From an uncultured bacterium (lineage in GTDB: Bacteria > Verrucomicrobiota > Verrucomicrobiia > Limisphaerales > UBA8199): a DNA stretch of 64,000 nt. Location of the stretch: the NCBI GenBank assembly GCA_963749495.1, contig CAVVMW010000004.1, positions 704,001 through 768,000 of the forward strand, read 5' to 3'. The position numbers and the translations under genes were made by a program. Every line of letters starts with the position of its first letter. Positions within the stretch are counted from its first letter, which is position 1. Of this stretch, positions 10,210 to 21,057 are shown piece after piece. A model generated the notes under the pieces. The model was not told where the DNA came from. It saw only the letters and a list, made by a program, of their open reading frames with translations, and did not search any database.

Positions 10210-11493
10210 TCAATGGTTGGCCGTGATGACGACGTAATTCTTCTTGCCCTTGCGCAGGAGGAGGTGCTTGCCAAAGAGCAGGTCCTTGGCGGCCAGGGCG
10301 CGCTGGGGGCTGGTCTCGCGCAGGTTGTTCACATAGACACCTCCCCCCTCGATGTCTTTCCGGGCCTGGCCTTTGGACGGGCAAAGCCCGCTGTGGACCA
10401 ACAACTCGACCAGCGGCTTGCCCGCGCCGTCGAGTTGGCCCTTCTCGATCTGGCGGGTCGGCACCTCGCCGACAATTTCATTGAAAGTCGTCTCGGAGAT
10501 GCCCGCCAACTCGCCCCCGAAGAGCAGTTCGCTGGCGCGCACGGCCTCGGCCGTGGCGCCGGGCCCGTGGATCAGGTCGGTGACGGCCCTGGCCAGGGCC
10601 TGGTGCGCGGCGCGGGCGCCGGGGTTTTGCGCGTGTTGCCGCTCCAGCGCCCCGATCTCGTCCTGGCCCAGGAAGGTGAAGAACCTCAGGTAGCGGATCA
10701 CGTCGCGGTCATCGGTGCGAATCCAGAACTGGTAGAACCTGTAAACGCTGGTCTTGGCGGGATCGAGCCAGACCGCCCCGGCGACGGTCTTGCCGAACTT
10801 CGAGCCGTCCGCGTTCATGATGAGCGGCAGGGTCAGGCCATAGACCGTGCGGCCCAGTTTCCTGCGGGTGAGATCGATGCCGGCGGTGATGTTTCCCCAC
10901 TGGTCGCTGCCGCCGATCTGGAGTTCGCAGTTGTAGTCGCGGCATTGGACGTAGAAATCAAAGGCCTGGAGGAGCATGTAGCTGAACTCGGTGTAGCTGA
11001 TGCCCGCCTCCCGGTCTTCCATCCGGGCGCGCACGCTCTCCTTGGCCACCATCTGGTTGACGGAGAAATGCTTGCCGACGTCGCGCAGGAAATCGAGGTA
11101 GCTGACCGGGGCCGTCCAGGCGGCGTTGTCCATGAGGCGGGCCGGGTTGAGCGGGGTGTCGAAATCGAGCAGGCGGCGCAACTGTTCCTTGAGCCTGGCG
11201 ATGTTCGCCTCGAGCGCCTCGCGGGTGAGCAACTGGCGCTCATGGGTTTTGCCGCTGGGATCGCCGATCGAGCCTGTGGCGCCGCCGGCCAGGGCGATCG
11301 GGTGGTGGCCCAGCAGTTGAAAGCGCCGCAGCCCCAGCAACGGCACCAGGTTCCCCGCGTGCAGGCTCTCCGCGCTCGGGTCGAAACCGCAATAGAGCGT
11401 GATCGGCCCCGAACCGACCCGCTTGGCCAGTTCCGGCATGTCCGTGCAGTCCTGCACCAACCCCCGCCATTGAAATTCTTCCAGAATGTTCAT
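10210..11493 (-). CDS. tyrS: Tyrosine--tRNA ligase
   Basis: YCGFDPSAESLHAGN, QIGGSDQWGNI, KFGKT, S4-like C-terminus RKGKKNY. Confidence 0.98.
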   Translation of the reverse strand: MNILEEFQWRGLVQDCTDMPELAKRVGSGPITLYCGFDPSAESLHAGNLVPLLGLRRFQLLGHHPIALAGGATGSIGDPSGKTHERQLLTREALEANIARLKEQLRRLLDFDTPLNPARLMDNAAWTAPVSYLDFLRDVGKHFSVNQMVAKESVRARMEDREAGISYTEFSYMLLQAFDFYVQCRDYNCELQIGGSDQWGNITAGIDLTRRKLGRTVYGLTLPLIMNADGSKFGKTVAGAVWLDPAKTSVYRFYQFWIRTDDRDVIRYLRFFTFLGQDEIGALERQHAQNPGARAAHQALARAVTDLIHGPGATAEAVRASELLFGGELAGISETTFNEIVGEVPTRQIEKGQLDGAGKPLVELLVHSGLCPSKGQARKDIEGGGVYVNNLRETSPQRALAAKDLLFGKHLLLRKGKKNYVVITANH

Positions 11494-11945
11494 TCGGGGA
11501 GAAGATTAGTGCGCCGGCACCGAATTTCCACCCAAAACCGCGAGTGAGGCACGGAGAGGGCGCATCTCTCTCTTAGGCGGTGGAAATAAATAAAGGTAGC
11601 AACCTGCCTTTGTCTTTTGCCGCCCAGATTCGTTGCCCGCTCGTTACAGACCGCTGGCCGCGCGCTGGCTCGGCTCGACGCCGACGCCGCGGCCGCCTGG
11701 CTACTCGCCTCAGCCCCGCTGGCTTAAGGCCCTCGGGACCGAGCAACTTTGCCCGGCAACGGCCCCTCGACGCCCAGGCCGGGCGTAACCAAGCCCGTTT
11801 CTGCGCAGGTTCCTGCCCTGGCTGCCGCTTCCGACCCCGCCGCCACAAAAACCGCCCAGGAACCAGCAGAATTTGCCGGTTTAGAGGCGCGTGCCGCTCC
11901 TGTATCGTCCCCCCGTGATGAATTCGGCCAGAAACCAATTCTCCC

Positions 11946-12000
11946 TCACCCGCGTAGCGTCAAAACCGGCCGCGCGGCAAAAAACCAAATTCCTATCAGT
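11946..12000 (+). repeat. 55-bp dispersed direct repeat, copy 1 (oriIS-like end)
   Basis: TCACCCGCGTAGCGTCAAAACCGGCCGCGCGGCAAAAAACCAAATTCCTATCAGT. Confidence 0.92.
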
Positions 12001-12302
12001 ACCGGCCATCAGGACTGCCTTCAGCTGGGAGAACCAGACGATCAACACGCGGGACGGTGGCCTGGAAAAAATCAAGTTCCTGCACTGCCTCCGAGAGCCG
12101 TACCCCCTTTGCGCGCTTGATGGATCTGCAGTGCCTGCCTTGACACCGGCCGGAGGCCGGAGGATATTTGAGAATATTCATTGTGACAGAAGCAATTCTA
12201 CTTGGACCGCTTGGCCTCAAAAAAGTAAGGCCCTGTAAGATTTCCCCCAAACAGAATTTCGCGCATTCAACCCCCGAACCTCAACCGGGCGTCCCGTCTC
12301 GC

Positions 12303-12397
12303 GAAGCGTTTTGGACTGCGGCAGTCCTCTGCCGCTTTCGCGTCGGCACCGAGGGGACACAAAAGCCGCAGAGGACTGCCGCAGTCCAAAACCTTCG
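12303..12397. repeat. REP-like palindrome
   Basis: TTTTGGACTGCGGCAGTCCTCTGC ... GCAGAGGACTGCCGCAGTCCAAAA. Confidence 0.88.
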
Positions 12398-12710
12398 GGC
12401 TTGGGGTCGGTTCCTGGGGAGGGAACTGCCATGCATTTCGCCCGGCCGGAGAGTCGCTGTCCAAACGAACTTGAACCATGAAAGCCCACAAGCTCATTCA
12501 AATCGTCCTGGGAGGACTCCTCGCCCTCCCAGTGTGCCCGTCCAACGCGGCCATTACTACTATTATCTACTCCACTACTGCGATTCAGACAGTGGGGGAA
12601 GGAATATGGTGCATATGGGCGGGGGGAGTTTTTGGCGACACCTTGGCCGACCGCCGCGGCTTGGATTCAAGATTCGGCGGAGTGGGCCACTGGCGACAGG
12701 ATGGAGGGTT

Positions 12711-14365
12711 TTAGGCGGGTCTGGGGTTGGGTGGTAAAGTCAGGAGGTTTTGTTCCAAGGCCTGGATTTTCTTGAGCGCTTTGTCGCGGGCCGGCCCTTC
12801 CAACTGGAGCACTTCGCGGGTGAACGTCACCAGCGGCATCTGGGTGTAGGCGTAGCCCAGATAAATCACGACCCACTGCTGGTGCAGATTGAGTTGCTGG
12901 ACCAGGGATTCGGGCGTGAGATTGGCCAGGGTTTCTTCGACGAACTTCCACAATTGCCACTGCCGTAGCGTATAGGTCAGGAGGATCATCACCACCTGGG
13001 CGGTGATCGCGTTGAAGCTGCGGGAACGGAAGTCGGTCAAATCGTAGAAGCATTTGAGTTGCCGATGCCGCTCTTCAATGGCGGGGCGTTTGCCATAGAG
13101 CTCGATCATCTGGAGCGGTTGGGCGGCCGGGTTGGTCGTCATGAGCGCCCAGTCATCGTGATGGCCGTCGGCGTAGTGGTCGCGGAGCAACACCACCTGA
13201 ATGGGCACGGTGGCGGCGGTCCAACTGGTGAAGTCTTTGAGGGCGCAGAACTCGGTGTGCGTCCGCAGGTCTGCCGGCGAGGGCGGTGGCTGCTCCGCCC
13301 GCAACAGGGCCAACTTTTTCTGTCGTTTGGCTTCCCGGCGCCGGATGAGTTCGGGCCGTTGCGGCGGGACTTGGGGGACTGAGGGCGTGGGTTCTGGACG
13401 GCGTTGCCAGACTCCTTGAGGGGCCAGGGCCCAGGCATCGGTCCAAATATCCATGTTCTTCTTCATCGGGATAAGCACGTCGATGCCCCACTCCCGCTTG
13501 CAGCGGCTGATGCGCTCTCCGTCAATAAACCCGCGATCCAGGACCAGCCACTTGATAACGCCCTGGCCCACGCTGGCCACAAACCGGGCCACCAATTCAT
13601 CATAGAAGGGGCCGACCTCGTGGGCGTTGCCAGCCACCAGCAGCGCCCCCCGTAGAACGTAACACCCCCCGCGCAAATGCAGCAAACTGATCCATTTGTA
13701 GCACCGCTCCCGGTGCGCCCGCTTGCGCTGCTCGGGCGTGAGCGATTCATAGTCCACCGGGTGATTGTGCTCGTCGAACCACATCAGCACGCTGCCTTCA
13801 TAGGCGGGGTTGTCCGGCACAAACAGATAGGAGGCGTCGCCGATGAAAATGCCGGCCGGGTCGAAAAAGCCGTATTGCTGGAAGACCTTTTGGACAGTGG
13901 TGTTAAGCCACTCCAGCCATTGCGCGGCGGGCACGTCCTTGAGGGCCTTGCGCAGGGTGTCCTGGTCGCAGGGGTGGTGCGGTCGTAGCTGTTCTTGTCG
14001 TTGAAGCCCTGGCAGGCCAAGACCCAGCGTTGGGTTTGGGGGTCCAGGTGCTTGGTCGCCAGGTCGGGCGGCAACGCGGCCAACAAGCCCCCACAGCGCA
14101 CCACCTGTTCGAAAGCCAGGAAGGAGTTTTGCTGATGGAGTTTCAAGCTGAGGTTGGCCGCCAAGATGAACCACCGGGGCACCTCCTCCTTCTTGCGGAC
14201 GGTGGGCAGGTCCTGGGCCAGATGGAGCAAGAGCCGTTCTTTGAAGCAGCGCTCGAAGAAATCCCGTTCGTCGGCCTGGCCGAGGATTTCCAGGGCGTCG
14301 AACTCACCTTGGCGAAAGGCGTCCAGGACTCGTTGGGGATGATATTCGATGAAAGCCAGGTCCAT
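12711..14365 (-). CDS. DDE transposase (IS4 superfamily); one base missing near 13975
   Basis: MDLAFIEYHPQ start; FIGDASY, VLDRGFIDG, YGKRPAIEERHRQLK (Y-2-R-3-E-6-K signature). Adding one C in a C-run gives 552 codons. Confidence 0.85.
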
Positions 14366-14763
14366 CAGGGGGATCGCGCTTTGGTTTTGGGTTTGGGCCA
14401 GACCACGCTCAGGCTCTGGGCCAGTTGGTCGGCCAAGGCCAGGAGGGCCGCGGTTTGCTTGCCGAACCGGGCGCGGGCGCGCTGGTAGCGGCGCCAGGCC
14501 CCGGCCCATTGGCGGACTTGGGCGCGCTGGCCGGGTGGGACGCTGTAGAGTTTGTGGCGGCCGGCCTCGCTGCGGGTGAGGACCCAGGCGGGGTGGAGCC
14601 GGCCATGGGCGCAACGGCAGGAGGCTTTGCCGCATTTGCGGCGCATGAGGTAGAAGGAGCCCGGGGTCATGGGCTGGTCCGGGGTCATGGCCCGGAGGGT
14701 GCGGCCCAAGGCCCGGCAGGCACACCAGAGGCGCTGGCGAAGCCTGGAGGTTTTCGCCTTCAT
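14365..14763 (-). CDS. DUF6788-like Cys/His protein, IS accessory gene
   Basis: PGSFYLMRRKCGKASCRCAHGRLHP motif; TGATG overlap with the transposase start. Confidence 0.8.
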   Translation of the reverse strand: MKAKTSRLRQRLWCACRALGRTLRAMTPDQPMTPGSFYLMRRKCGKASCRCAHGRLHPAWVLTRSEAGRHKLYSVPPGQRAQVRQWAGAWRRYQRARARFGKQTAALLALADQLAQSLSVVWPKPKTKARSP

Positions 14764-17110
14764 CTGTGTTTATATATATATTACTAGACACAGATTGCAA
14801 GCGCAAAATTCAAAAAAAGTGAAAAAAGATGCGGGAGGTCCGGCGGGCCCATGGGGGAGGCAAACCGTGCCGGGCGGTGACACGGGGGATGAGGGGGAGC
14901 GGGAGCTGCTGGGGCCCGGGCAGAGGGCCGGACTAATCTGTATTCTATAGTATTATAGTAAACACAGAAAGGTATGCCTGCGAGCGCCTCCGAGTGAAAA
15001 ATCTGCTGGTGGGGGTAGCGGCCCTGCCAAACAAATGGTTTTTAGGCGGTTTTAGAAAGCCCTCCCCCAGTGTCTGAATCGCAGTACTCCACTAGCTTTG
15101 ATGCTGAGGGCGTCGAATCGGGCAATACGGTGGCCCAATCCACGCTGGCCACCTGGAGCCGTGGCGGCTTCGAGGTCAGCCCGGAAGACGGCAGCGAGGG
15201 ATCCGGTGCAATCGAGGTCGCTCACGCCGGCGGCATATACACGGGTTCCGGCAGAGTGCGTCTAATTCAGGGCGCATACGCCGGCCAACCCAGTATGAGC
15301 GTTACGGTCAGCGGAACCTTTTACACTCTGTTCCGGCTCACGGGGCTTAGTTACAAGTATTATTTCACATCATCCGTTGCTGCAAGTGGGAATGTTGTGG
15401 GCGGCGTGAACTTTCTCGGCAATGTCAACACCAGCAAAAAGAACTTGACGGTGTCCGGGGTCCTGGCGCCGGGCGACTATTCGCTTTCGGCCGCTATGAG
15501 CGATGCCAGCGGGAACTCGGGTGGCGGAGGAAGCTGGTCGTATGCGCTGTCACTGGTCCCGGCGTCGGTAGGGGGCAAGTATACCCCGGCTGAAAAGGCG
15601 GACCTTTCGCTTGCGGGCTCGAGCTACCGGCTCTTCGCCCAAACATTGATGATCGCCGCGCACGGCGCCCCGAGTCAGCTCCAGGACGAATTGGTGAGCG
15701 CTTCCGCCGAGATGATCCGCGTTGGCACTGCCCTGTTAAACGTCTCCGAGGACCCTCTGGACACGAACTATACCGTTCTGGCACAAGCGGTGGCGCCAGC
15801 CGTGGTGCCCCTCGTGGCCGGCCGCGGCGTCACCCAGCCGGAAGCCGACGCTTACAACCTGTGGCAAACCAACCTCTCGCTGAGCGCCGCCTACAGCACC
15901 GCCCTGGCGACTTCCATTGACCGGGCGCAAGGGGCGGCCTATGCCGGCAGCCCTTCCTGGGAGACGGCGCAGATGAACGGCGCCGTGCAGTTCGAGGCCC
16001 AACTGGCCAGCGTTTTCGATGAGGAGCCGGCGCTCCGCTCCAATGTGGTGGCCCAGTTTCAAGCCGGTGGATTTCAAGACATCACGGTGAGCAGCAACGA
16101 TGTCGTTAGTTTCCAGATGGAGATGGTCACCAATGGCTTGCCTGCCGTCCTGCTGGACGGCCTGACCGTGCTTGGGTTGGATGGCGACACGATCACGAAC
16201 CTCCAGAACACACTGCTCACCGCGGACCCTGGCACTCTGGCCAGCGGTTTTCCCGGAAGTCTTGTCAATACCAATCTTGATTCGACAAGCCATACTCTCG
16301 CCGCCGACCTGAGGGATGCCTCGCTGGTGTTGATCAACGCGAGCTTGCTTTCAGGAGGGCAGTTCCGGTTCGATTTGCCGACTGAACCGGGATACACGTA
16401 CGCCATTCAATTCACTGAAAACCTCGCTGCTCCGGCCGCTTGGACGACGATCTTCACCACCAATGCCACCACTGCGTTGCTGTCGTTTACCAATACTCCC
16501 GCCGCGAGCGCGTCAGGCGGCTTTTACCGGGCGTCGCACAATTGAATCACCATTTCGTTGCGCGGCTTCCCGGCCCGGCTCACCACCAGGACATCAACAC
16601 CTTCCGTCAACCCCAGCGCATCGAGACCAAGCCATGGGAACCAGCCCACGGATTTCACTAGGCCGCCAGTACCGTGTTCAATGAGGGTGCCGCGGATATT
16701 GAAGGCCAGGGTCCGAGGTCGAGCCAGGTCAAAGTCGTCGTCATCCCCAGAGTGTGAACTATGGTTGACACTTCTCTCCACCTCCCACGGCAATCAGGGG
16801 GGGTGGACCAATATTCCACCGCGGCCAACCTCTCGAACATGGTGCCGGGCTGAAATGGTTAACGCCAAGGCCAGTCAAAATCGTGGATGAATATGCGCTA
16901 CAATATACCGAGGCGATTTCCTGAACATGGCGCCGGGCTGAAATTCCCCGCTGACGCCCCGAATCCAGCCTTCACCCCATACCCCTTGGAGCGGGAAATC
17001 CACCACGCAGGCCAGGCACACCATTGAAAATCCCCAATAAAAGCTGACAAAGCTGATAAAGCTGAGGTCTCATAAACTTATTGCAAAGCTCTTCTTCTTC
17101 CAGGTGTGTT

Positions 17111-17165
17111 TCACCCGCGTAGCGTCAAAACCGCCCGCGCGGCAAAAAACCAAATTCCTATCAGT
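17111..17165 (+). repeat. 55-bp dispersed direct repeat, copy 2
   Basis: One mismatch to copy 1. Confidence 0.92.
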
Positions 17166-17881
17166 GACACGGATGGCATGGCGGGGAATTTCGTTGGGCC
17201 GCGAGAAGTTGTGCGGGCCTGACCGGCCTCCCGACCGACCACAGCATCCTCCTGTGCTGGGCCAGCGCCGTCCTGGGGCCGGGACCGACGACACCGTCAT
17301 CGCTACTACCAGGGCGGCAATCAAGGAAATCGCCGACCACGATAAGCGCCATCGGGTGCGCGGCGCTGAAGGGCTGAGGGCCTCGCCAGCGGGCCGACGT
17401 GGCCAGCGCAGCCCCTGGAGCCGGTGCTGGAGAAGGTGACGCAACTGGCGCTGGGCCAGCGCCGCCGGTACGGCTCAGCCTGACGCGGCGTGTGGGCCGG
17501 TCCAGGTCACCATGAGGTGCGCCTGCGCTTGCGCGGGGCCAGCGCCGCCGCGCAGTGGCGCGGCTGGCAGTTCCGCCAGCAGGCCGAGCGCCATCTGCCA
17601 GCCTGCGTATGGGCCAGCCGCATGTGCCCGCCTTCAGATTGTCCTTGTTTGTCTTGGCCGCCGGAGATATAACCCTGGTCATTGCCGGGAGCCGCTGACT
17701 GGCTTGTGCTCCAACCAACGACCCGCGTGCGGAGAGCAGCCCGGTAAACCGGCATGAAAAGCCACATGGCAGATTGGCCTGGGCAGGGTGAAGGGTTTGG
17801 AACGCTCACCCGACCGACTTCCATAGTCCTCTTCCGGCGGTTCCTTGAGCGCGGACTTCAGCTTCTTCCAACAGGCCAACC

Positions 17882-20581
17882 ATGAAAACAGCACTTTGCC
17901 TGGCATCTATCACCCTGCTGTTGGCAGCCTCGAACCTCTCCGCCGCCACGCTCTATGTCTCGTTGGAGAGCACGAACTCGACGCCGCCCTACACGAATTG
18001 GGCCACGGCAGCCACGAGCATTCAGGACGCCGTGGACACCGCAAAGGCCGGGGATACGGTGCTGGTGACCGATGGGGTGTATGCGGAGGGCGAGAGAGAG
18101 GCGTTTGAAACCCAGGACCTTCCCATCACCGCTGACCGCCTGGCAATCACAAACGCGATTAGTTTGCTCAGCCTCAATGGCCCGCAGTTCACGGTCATCG
18201 ACGGCGGCGGGACCATTCGGTGCGTTTCCCTGGGCGACGGCGCGAGCCTGACCGGCTTCACGCTGAGCAACGGGGTAGCCCGTTTCGGTGGCGGGGTGTG
18301 GTGCCCATCCACAAACGCGTTTCTGACCAACTGCACGCTGACCGGCAACTCGGCTAACGGCTGCGGCGGCGGGGCTCTCGGTGGCACCCTGAACAATTGC
18401 ACGCTGGCCGGAAATTCGGCTGCTGGCGATGGGGGCGGGGCGTATGGGGGCGCGCTCTACAACTGCAGGCTGAGCGGCAACACGGCCCAAGAGTATGGCG
18501 GCGGGGCGGCGATTTGCACGCTCTACAACTGCACGCTGAGCGGCAACTCGGCCCAAGAGTTTGGCGGCGGGGCGGGTGGGTGCACGCTCTACAACTGCAC
18601 GTTGAGCGGCAACACGGCCCAAGATTATGGCGGCGGGGCCTACTCGTGCATGCTGAAGAACTCCATTGTTTATTTCAATGCGGCTCCATATGCAGCGAAT
18701 TACGCCTCCTGCACCCTCAACTACTGCTGCACAACGCCGCCCCCACCCACCGGGGTTGGCAACATCAGTCTCGACCCGCAACTGGCCAGCGCCTCGCACT
18801 TGAGCGCCAACTCGCCCTGTCGCGGGGTGGGCAGCGCCGCTTACGCCATCGGGACCGACATTGACGGTGAGCCATGGGCGAATCCGCCCTCTATTGGCTG
18901 CAACGAATACCGCCCCGGTTCGGTCACCGGCCCGTTGACCGTGGGCCTCGTGGCGAGTTACACCAACGTCGCAGTGGGTTTTCCGCCCGCCTTTACCGCA
19001 TTGATTGAAGGGCCAACGACCGAGAGCGTGTGGGACTTCGGGGATGGTGACGTGGCCATCAACCAACCCTATGTTACCCACGCCTGGACGCGGCCTGGGG
19101 ATTACCTGGTCGCCTTATGGGCGTTCAACGAAAGCCATTCGGGCGGGGTGAGCGCGAGCGTTACCGTACGGGTGGAGCAAGAGGTGCGTTACGTTGCGGC
19201 CGGGAACGCCAATCCGCTGCCGCCTTACACCAACTGGGCCACGGCGGCCGTGACAATTCAGGATGCGGTGGAGGCGGCAACGACGGGGCCGGGGGACTTG
19301 GTGCTGGTGACCAACGGCCTCTATGCCACCGGTGGCAGGGCCATGTGGGGGGGCACGATGACCAACCGCGTAGCGGTGGACAAGCCAGTGGCCGTGCGCA
19401 GCGTTAATGGCCCGCAGTTCACCATCATCCAGGGGGCGCAGACACGGTTCGGCGGCGGCGACGGCGCTATCCGCTGCGTGTACCCGACCAACGGAGCAAG
19501 CCTGTCGGGGTTCACCCTGACCAATGGGGCCACGCAAATGGTCGGGGACATAGACCGCGAGCGGAGCGGCGGTGGGGTGTGGTGTGAAGCGACGGCGGTG
19601 GTTTCCAACTGCGTCGTGACGCACAACTGGGCTGGCGAGTGGGCCGGCGGGGCGTATGGGGGCACGCTGAACAACTGCACCCTGACCGTCAACTCGGCCA
19701 GCTACGGCGGCGGGGCGTCTGGATGCACGCTGAACCAATGCACACTGGCCGACAACTTTGCTGCATTCGCCGGCGCGGTGTGCTGGGCCACGCTGAACGA
19801 CTGCACGCTGACCGGCAATTTCGCTTGGTTCACCGGCGGTGGGGCGTATGGGTGTGCCATGAACAACTGCACGCTGGCCGGTAACTCGGCCAAGGGTGAC
19901 GGCGGCGGGGCGTATGACAGCACGCTTGACAACTGCATCGTGTATTTCAACACACCCGTGAACTGGTCGGCTCACGATTCCCTCAGCACGCTGAACTACT
20001 GCTGCACAACCCCGCTGCCCACCCAAGGCGTCGGCAACATCACCAACGCGCCGCTGTTCGTCGATTACACCAATGGCAACCTGCGCCTGCAATCCAACTC
20101 CCCCTGCATCAACGCCGGGAACAACGCCTATGTGACTACCGCCACGGACCTTGACGGCAACCCGCGCATTGTCGGCGGCACCGTGGACATCGGGGCTTAC
20201 GAATACCAAGGCACCGGCTCCGCGATTTCCTACGCCTGGCTCCAGCAGTACGGCCTGCCCACGGACGGTTCGGTGGATTATGCGGATTTGGATGGCAGCG
20301 GATTTAACGTCTATCAGGACTGGATTGCTGGCTTGAATCCCACGAACCGGCTCTCGGTCTTGCGTTTCGTCTCAGTGGTTCCGCAAGGCACGAACGTGGC
20401 CGTGACGTGGCAGAGCGTCGCGGGAATAAGCTACTTCCTTGGACGGAGCACGAATCTGGCCTCACCGTTCGCGCTCCTGGCCACGAACATTATCGGGCAG
20501 GGGGGGACCACCACCTACGCTGACACCAACGCCACGGGCGCGGGGCGATTCTTCTACCGCGTGGGCGTTAAAGGCCCGTGA
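17882..20581 (+). CDS. Secreted right-handed beta-helix repeat protein with PKD and choice-of-anchor Q-like domains
   Basis: Signal peptide; two modules beginning PPYTNWATAA..IQDAV; GGGAY..TLxNCTLxGNSA repeats; WDFGDG (PKD); SPCINAG..DLDGNPRI..VDIGAYE; ends FFYRVGV. Confidence 0.88.
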   Translation: MKTALCLASITLLLAASNLSAATLYVSLESTNSTPPYTNWATAATSIQDAVDTAKAGDTVLVTDGVYAEGEREAFETQDLPITADRLAITNAISLLSLNGPQFTVIDGGGTIRCVSLGDGASLTGFTLSNGVARFGGGVWCPSTNAFLTNCTLTGNSANGCGGGALGGTLNNCTLAGNSAAGDGGGAYGGALYNCRLSGNTAQEYGGGAAICTLYNCTLSGNSAQEFGGGAGGCTLYNCTLSGNTAQDYGGGAYSCMLKNSIVYFNAAPYAANYASCTLNYCCTTPPPPTGVGNISLDPQLASASHLSANSPCRGVGSAAYAIGTDIDGEPWANPPSIGCNEYRPGSVTGPLTVGLVASYTNVAVGFPPAFTALIEGPTTESVWDFGDGDVAINQPYVTHAWTRPGDYLVALWAFNESHSGGVSASVTVRVEQEVRYVAAGNANPLPPYTNWATAAVTIQDAVEAATTGPGDLVLVTNGLYATGGRAMWGGTMTNRVAVDKPVAVRSVNGPQFTIIQGAQTRFGGGDGAIRCVYPTNGASLSGFTLTNGATQMVGDIDRERSGGGVWCEATAVVSNCVVTHNWAGEWAGGAYGGTLNNCTLTVNSASYGGGASGCTLNQCTLADNFAAFAGAVCWATLNDCTLTGNFAWFTGGGAYGCAMNNCTLAGNSAKGDGGGAYDSTLDNCIVYFNTPVNWSAHDSLSTLNYCCTTPLPTQGVGNITNAPLFVDYTNGNLRLQSNSPCINAGNNAYVTTATDLDGNPRIVGGTVDIGAYEYQGTGSAISYAWLQQYGLPTDGSVDYADLDGSGFNVYQDWIAGLNPTNRLSVLRFVSVVPQGTNVAVTWQSVAGISYFLGRSTNLASPFALLATNIIGQGGTTTYADTNATGAGRFFYRVGVKGP

Positions 20582-20649
20582 GGGGCAGCCGGGGACCGCC
20601 GGGCGGATTCCGTCTCCTCACCGGCAAACGGCGACCAGCCCAGGGATGG

Positions 20650-20815
20650 CTACCGCTTCGCCTTCCTCCGGACCAGGACCGAATGGACGCTCGACACCGC
20701 CATCCCCAACTCGCGGCTGATGGCCCGCAGGCCCATGCCCTGCTTCCTGAGCGCCACGACCTGGTCGGCACGTTGATGTAGCGATTCTTGAGGACCCAGC
20801 TTCACGGCTCTCACC
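20650..20815 (-). pseudogene. C-terminal HTH remnant of a serine recombinase/resolvase
   Basis: RAVKLGP..QVVALRKQGMGLRAISRELGMAVSSVHSVL; catalytic domain absent. Confidence 0.6.
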
Positions 20816-21002
20816 AGCACCATGGAGTGTCGCATCCATCAATCCCGGCGCTGGGCCAACGTCGCCCACCCGACGCTGTGCTGGAAGGCCGCCGATTGCA
20901 CCATCAACTACACGATGACTTGCTGTGCCTTGTTTGACGCGGAGCCGGGGTTTGCCTCGCCGCCGCCAGCAGGGCTTCCCGAATCCATTCGGACTTGGAC
21001 TT

Positions 21003-21057
21003 TCACCCGCGTAACGTCAAAACCGGCGGCGCGGCAAAAAACCAAAGTCCTATCAGT
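21003..21057 (+). repeat. 55-bp dispersed direct repeat, copy 3
   Basis: Three mismatches to copy 1. Confidence 0.92.

Larger units (their letters stand above)
12578..15084 (-). mobile_element. IS4-like insertion sequence, 2507 bp, two ORFs
   Basis: IRs CTGCGATTCAGACA(G/C)TGGGGGA; 10-bp target duplication TACTCCACTA (12568-12577, 15085-15094). Confidence 0.92.
12478..16545 (+). pseudogene. Secreted protein (516 aa when restored) split by an IS after codon 33
   Basis: Signal peptide [24 protein letters not shown]. Removing the IS and one target copy joins ...ITTIIYST to SFDAEGVESGN... in frame. The C-terminal beta domain ends GFYRASHN. Confidence 0.88.

Noticed and set aside
18340..19940. 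Diversity-generating retroelement TR/VR pair
   Set aside because: The repeats are coding beta-helix units, the differences are not adenine-specific, and no reverse transcriptase is present.
11946..21057. Classical integron with attC sites
   Set aside because: The 55-bp repeats lack the RYYYAAC/GTTRRRY palindromic attC structure and there is no IntI.
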